DNA of 64,000 bases, from the NCBI RefSeq assembly GCF_964188315.1, contig NC_135660.1:5084001-5148000 (forward strand), in the 5' to 3' direction. A program made the translations under genes and the position numbers. This document shows, one piece after another, positions 59,691 through 64,000 of the stretch (position 1 is the stretch's first letter; each line of letters begins with the position of its first letter). The DNA is from Podarcis muralis (taxonomy: Eukaryota). The notes under the pieces are model-generated. The model saw only the letters and a list, made by a program, of their open reading frames with translations, did no database searches and was not told the DNA's origin.

Positions 59691-61760
59691 CCCTGGGGTG
59701 CCGTGGGCAGCACTGGCCTCTGTCCCTCTTTCGTTCCCTCTCTCCTCTGATGTCCTTCAGAATGTGAGATAAGAAATATATCTATTTATGCTTTTTTATT
59801 TAATAACCAAGTTTTGTATACTTTGCATACACACACACGCATATGCCGCTTACGTAAAATAGTATTAACTGTTTATTTTAAAAAATAGCGCTAAAAACAG
59901 ATTTTTTAAAAATAACATTAGACTTAAGAAACTTATCAAAATATGGATAAAATCAAACAGTTTTAAAAACAAATACACGTAATAAAATTACATGGCTGGG
60001 TAGGCTTAGCCTAAACAGAAAAGGTTTATAGCAGGCGTCAGAAGCAGACCAGCGAAGGTTCAGCTTGCCTCATCTTAATGGGCAGCAACATCCAGAGCAC
60101 GCTGAAAGATTGATTCCTTGAGAGTGTGGAATGAACATTATGTGGCACCGGCATAGGAGTGTGTAATGTTCTGACTGAGCCCCTGCGCTCCGTATTTGTG
60201 AAAAGCGCTCCCTGCCGCATGGCCTTGGCTTTATTAAGGGGCTTGACCTCTCCCCAGGGGGTCGCTTTGTATGGCCAAGCGCACTTTCTGGCTACCGAGC
60301 CACTGCCTGGAGCACAGAGCGCCTTCCAAGAGTACAGAATTTGGCCGTCTCTGTGCCTGAGCGTGTCTGGGCAAAGTTACTTGGGGATGCTGGCTCTGGG
60401 AGCAAATCTTGGGCAAGTTCCACCCAAAGCACTCTTTAGCCCTCCTTCCTCCGTGGTAGAAAAGGAGAAATGGATTTCCTTCCCCCCTGGCGCATGCCCG
60501 CGGATGAAGTCATTTCCTCGTGTTAATCACTGAGCATGCTCAGCCTGGGGGCGCAGTCATTCTTCCGGATTAATTAATTAATCCCCATTTTTGTGAATGT
60601 GGAAAACAACTGGGACTGAAGACCGCTGCTGCCCTGTTTATTTTATTTATTTGAAACGCCGTGCTCCCGCCCACCAGAGCTCCGAGCTTCCTCTAAGGCA
60701 ACGGAGCAGCCCCCCAAACCAAGGAAAATACAATCCTACGTCAACCAGCTGAAAAGCCAGAAATAACCTGTCAAATGTCAAACTGTCTTCACTGGGGGAC
60801 ACCACATTGCGAGAGTCTCCTGGACGCCTTTGTCCTTCTGTTGGGTGGAGGGGGCGGGGAGCGCAGCTCTCACTGTCCCCTTGTGGCAAAACTGAGCACC
60901 TGTTTGATGTGCACCTCTGGGCAGCTGCGATGGAAACTTTGCCTGGGTGCCCCGAAGGGCAAAAGTTCAGATCTCACCACTTTGTGGGATCTGCCACAGA
61001 GCCGGGAGCCAAGGCTGGCTCAGTCGCACCGGAGGAAACCTGAGCAATGGCCTGGGAGTGCGCCTCTCACATGGGATTCATTCAGCGCGATTTCAAAGAG
61101 TCCTAGTCTCTCTGTCTCTGTCTCTGGGATTCTTTTGGGGTTTGGTTTTGTTTTCTTGCTTCCCTGTGCCATGAAATATTTTTCTTCTCACTTCGGCCTG
61201 CCAGGCGTCCTCCGGCCAAGCTCGGCTGTGTTCAGGAAAAGAAAAGAAAAGAAAGAAAAGAACCCTCCTGCCTTTGGAGCGGACGGCAGGCAGGCAGGAG
61301 TGCTCCGGCCCTCTGCTCCTGTTAACAGCTGAGCCAGGATCCGGCTCACCCTCCCCTCACTGCCAGCCGGGCTCCAGCTCCAGCTTTGCCTTATGATCCA
61401 TTTCTTTTTCCGAACCGCAAAGCAGTATTTCCTGACTTAATCTCTCTCTCTCTCTCTCTGCTGCTGCTAAGGGAGTTGCAAAATTCCCAGCGCCCCGCCG
61501 TGTGCCTCAAACATTCCTGCTTATCAGGGCTGCTTCTGGAGCCCACCAAATGCTGAGAGAAGCCCCAGATCCCTCCCACCCCGTCCTTCCTTGGGAACCC
61601 CAGGCGGCTAGATACCAGTGTCTTATTTCTCTGTATTTCCAGATCTGTAGAACTCTGCATGCCCAGTAGAAGCTCTGCTCTCGATTCTGACAGCTGCATG
61701 TTCTTCCTGGCCTCCCTGAAATGCAACTCTTAACTTAAGAGTTAAGTATAGCACACTTAA

Positions 61761-61972
61761 GCCGGTGCGGCAGAGCGGTTAGAGTGTCGGACTGGGACCT
61801 GGGAGATCAGGGTTTGAATCCCCACCTGGCCATGAGGCTCGCTGGGTGACCTTGGGGGCCGGTCAGTGCCTCTCAGCCTAGCCTACCTCACATAGTTGCT
61901 GTGAGGAAGTAAATGACAGGGGTGGGCAAACCACGGGTGCTACCGTGAGCTCCTTGGAGGAAAAGGTGGCAT
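61761..61972 (+). mobile_element. MIR-like CORE SINE
   Basis: GCAGAGCGGTTAGAGTGTCGGACTGGGACCTGGGAGATCAGGGTTTGAATCCCC head; GGGTGACCTTGGG...CTCTCAGCCTAGCCTACCTCAC core. Confidence 0.75.
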
Positions 61973-62368
61973 ATTGTTGTTTAGTCGTTTAGTCGTGTCC
62001 GACTCTTCGTGACCCCCTGGACCAGAGCATGCCAGGCACTTCTGTCTTCCACTGTCTCCCGCAGTTTAGTCAAACTCATGCTGGTAGCTTCGAGAACACT
62101 GTCCCACCATCTCGTCCTCTGCCGTCCCCTTCTCCTTGTGCCCTCCATCTTTCCCAGCATCAGGGTCTTTTCCAGGGAGTCTTCTCTTCTCATGAGGTGG
62201 CCAAAGTCTTGGAGCCTCAGCTTCAGGATCTGTCCTTCCAGTCAGCACTCAGGGCTGATTTCCTTCAGAATGGATACGTTTGATCTCCTTGCAGTCCATG
62301 GGACTCTCAAGATTCTCCTCCAGCACCATAATTCAAAAGCATCCATTCTTCGGCAATCAGCCTTCTTT
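61973..62368 (-). mobile_element. BovB 5'-truncated copy
   Basis: ORFs KADCRRMDAFELWCWRR and MRREDSLEKTLMLGK; TSD AAGGTGGCAT at 61963-61972 and 62369-62378. Confidence 0.95.
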
Positions 62369-63970
62369 AAGGTGGCATTAGTGCAATGGTAAATATAAAT
62401 AAATAAACTCCCCCTCCCAATCAGTGTAGTGGTACATTCTCCTTCTACACTCGCCCCCATATTAAGTCTTTTGCATTTGAAGGACTGTGCCACTGTGAGC
62501 TCCTCGTGGGTAGGAATCAGCCTGCCTGATGCACTCCTTGATTGTCTAGTAGGAAGACTCCAGGCCCAGCGATATGGCCGCTTTCTTCCTAATCGGCAAA
62601 GTTTTGCTCATATCCTGACACACTTCTGCACCAAAGGGATTGCTGGGGAGGTGGTCTGGCAGACACAAATCCCTGATAAGAACAGGAGGATAACCAGAGA
62701 TCAGGCCAGGGCAGGAAAGGTCTGCTCTATCCGTGCTGCTTGGTGTTGTTTCTGGGGTGCAGGGTTCAGCCCCGGGGTCACCTTGGGAAGACGTAGCTCA
62801 GCCTCACCCGTCTTTTCTTCCTCGAACCCTGTTCACCTCTGGCCCCTGGAAGGGGAAGGGAGAACTAGAGGACTCCACAGCAGCTCAGGAGCTGCGCTTG
62901 GGTCAAGGGCTGCTGCGTTCGGCTCTCTCAGCTCCCCTAGGGACAAGCTGCTGCCATTCTGACCTCAGACTTTTCATCTATGAAACAGGGACAACGGTGA
63001 CCTCAAGTAGGGATGAACAGATCAGCTTAAGTCTGCCTCGTCTTGTTTCCACTCACGCTCAGTCACAGATCTCTCCCGATCCATTTTCTGCGGGCTTTGT
63101 GAAATAATGCGTGGAAAGGCTCACGTTCAAATTGTGCACTTTTTCGTACACATGCTCCCCTCCAAAAAATACGCATCTTTCCATGCGCATCTCTGTCAAA
63201 CATGCATTCTGTATAAATGTAAAAATATGGATTACTTTGCACACTTTTTGCGCACCCAAACTGCACTGCAAACCCTGGGAATGTCTGTGATCTGATCAGG
63301 GCAGGGAGCAACTTTGGGGCCCACAGGTTGGGTCCCTAACTTCAATTCAATTGACTGTGAAGTACCTTGAAAAGGTTAAAGTAGGCTAGAGTGGGAAAGG
63401 GGGCAGCAGGAGGAGGGGTGGGCCAGGAGTGCCATAAATGGGGGGGGGGTCCTTTGACCATTGCATTTCTGCCTGCCATTCTCTCATAAACCACACATGG
63501 GCATTTGGCAAAAGGAATCACTGGGCAGTGCTAGGTTTCGGTGGGTGTTAAATTTTACACTCAAGCAGCTTGGCTGCCACAGTCCTGTGGACATTTGGTC
63601 ACTCCAGGTGCAATTGGGAACCTGGTGTGTAATTAATTAATTGTTATTAGCATTGCAGGGGGAGCGGGGCAGACCCCTAACTTTCCCCCTCAGACTACAG
63701 CTTGACTGCGTCCTTTCCCCGCTGTGACTGGGCAAGCGCAGCATTGAATGTGGACAGGATTTTGCAGAGAAGCGTTAAACCACAAGAGCAGGTCCTTGCC
63801 TCGAGGAGCTTGCAGGCACTCTCTGTGTGCTTCTCTCCTGTGCCGCAGGTGGAAATCTGAGCAGGTTCTCCTGCCTGGTTTTCATGTCTTGTTCTTTCCT
63901 TCTTACTCCTAGGAAGAGCGGCTGCTCAGATTCTGCTGGGCATTTTCTTGTGTCCATAAAGGAAGCAACA

Positions 63971-63984
63971 CTGCCACCTGGCGA
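63971..63984 (-). promoter_or_regulatory. Candidate CTCF motif
   Basis: The minus strand reads TCGCCAGGTGGCAG, close to the CCASYAGRKGGCRS consensus. Single motif match only. Confidence 0.3.
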
Positions 63985-64000
63985 GGATTTGTTTGCATAG

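Larger units (their letters stand above)
1..64000 (+). other. DIS3L2: DIS3L2 gene body (internal part; four coding exons plus large introns)
   Basis: The four exons splice in frame to [15 protein letters not shown]...[27 protein letters not shown]...[12 protein letters not shown]...[34 protein letters not shown]. This matches the RNB domain of vertebrate DIS3L2 as I recall it. Confidence 0.97.

Noticed and set aside
16440-61972. tRNA genes
   Set aside because: All A/B-box-containing sequences are SINE heads fused to SINE bodies and tails; no complete cloverleaf seen.
2133-62368. BovB horizontal transfer as a novel finding
   Set aside because: Presence of BovB in squamates and ruminants by horizontal transfer is well established, so it is not new.
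34949-64000. Next DIS3L2 exon (LVEEFMLLANMAVAHKI)
   Set aside because: Searched by eye and not found; presumably beyond the window.

Overview
Eukaryotic genomic DNA, inferred to be from a lacertid lizard because it carries lacertid-type Sauria/Squam1 SINEs, Squam3 SINEs and BovB. The whole window lies inside the DIS3L2 gene (+ strand). Four consecutive coding exons of the RNB domain are present (9173-9285, 15973-16080, 18251-18484, 34869-34948; 113/108/234/80 nt), with canonical AG/GT sites and a continuous frame. I did not find the flanking exons, so the last intron is at least 29 kb. The introns are packed with TE fragments: BovB, other RTE, RTE-X, L1, L2, CR1, Penelope, SINEs, Tigger/Tc2/hAT MITEs, a Tc1 end and a probable solo LTR. 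Several non-repetitive TAAT- or CpG-rich blocks look like candidate enhancers. I found no clearly new protein-coding system. The most interesting structures are (1) a perfect 90-bp-arm palindrome of Penelope termini carrying hammerhead-ribozyme-like motifs, (2) a one-ended Tc1 fragment flanked by a 166-bp direct duplication, (3) an inverted Sauria-SINE pair around a DIS3L2 exon, (4) a BovB 5'/3' inversion fusion, and (5) two exons starting with GT that could act as recursive-splice exons. All assignments were made by eye with no database search, so repeat family names and boundaries are approximate.
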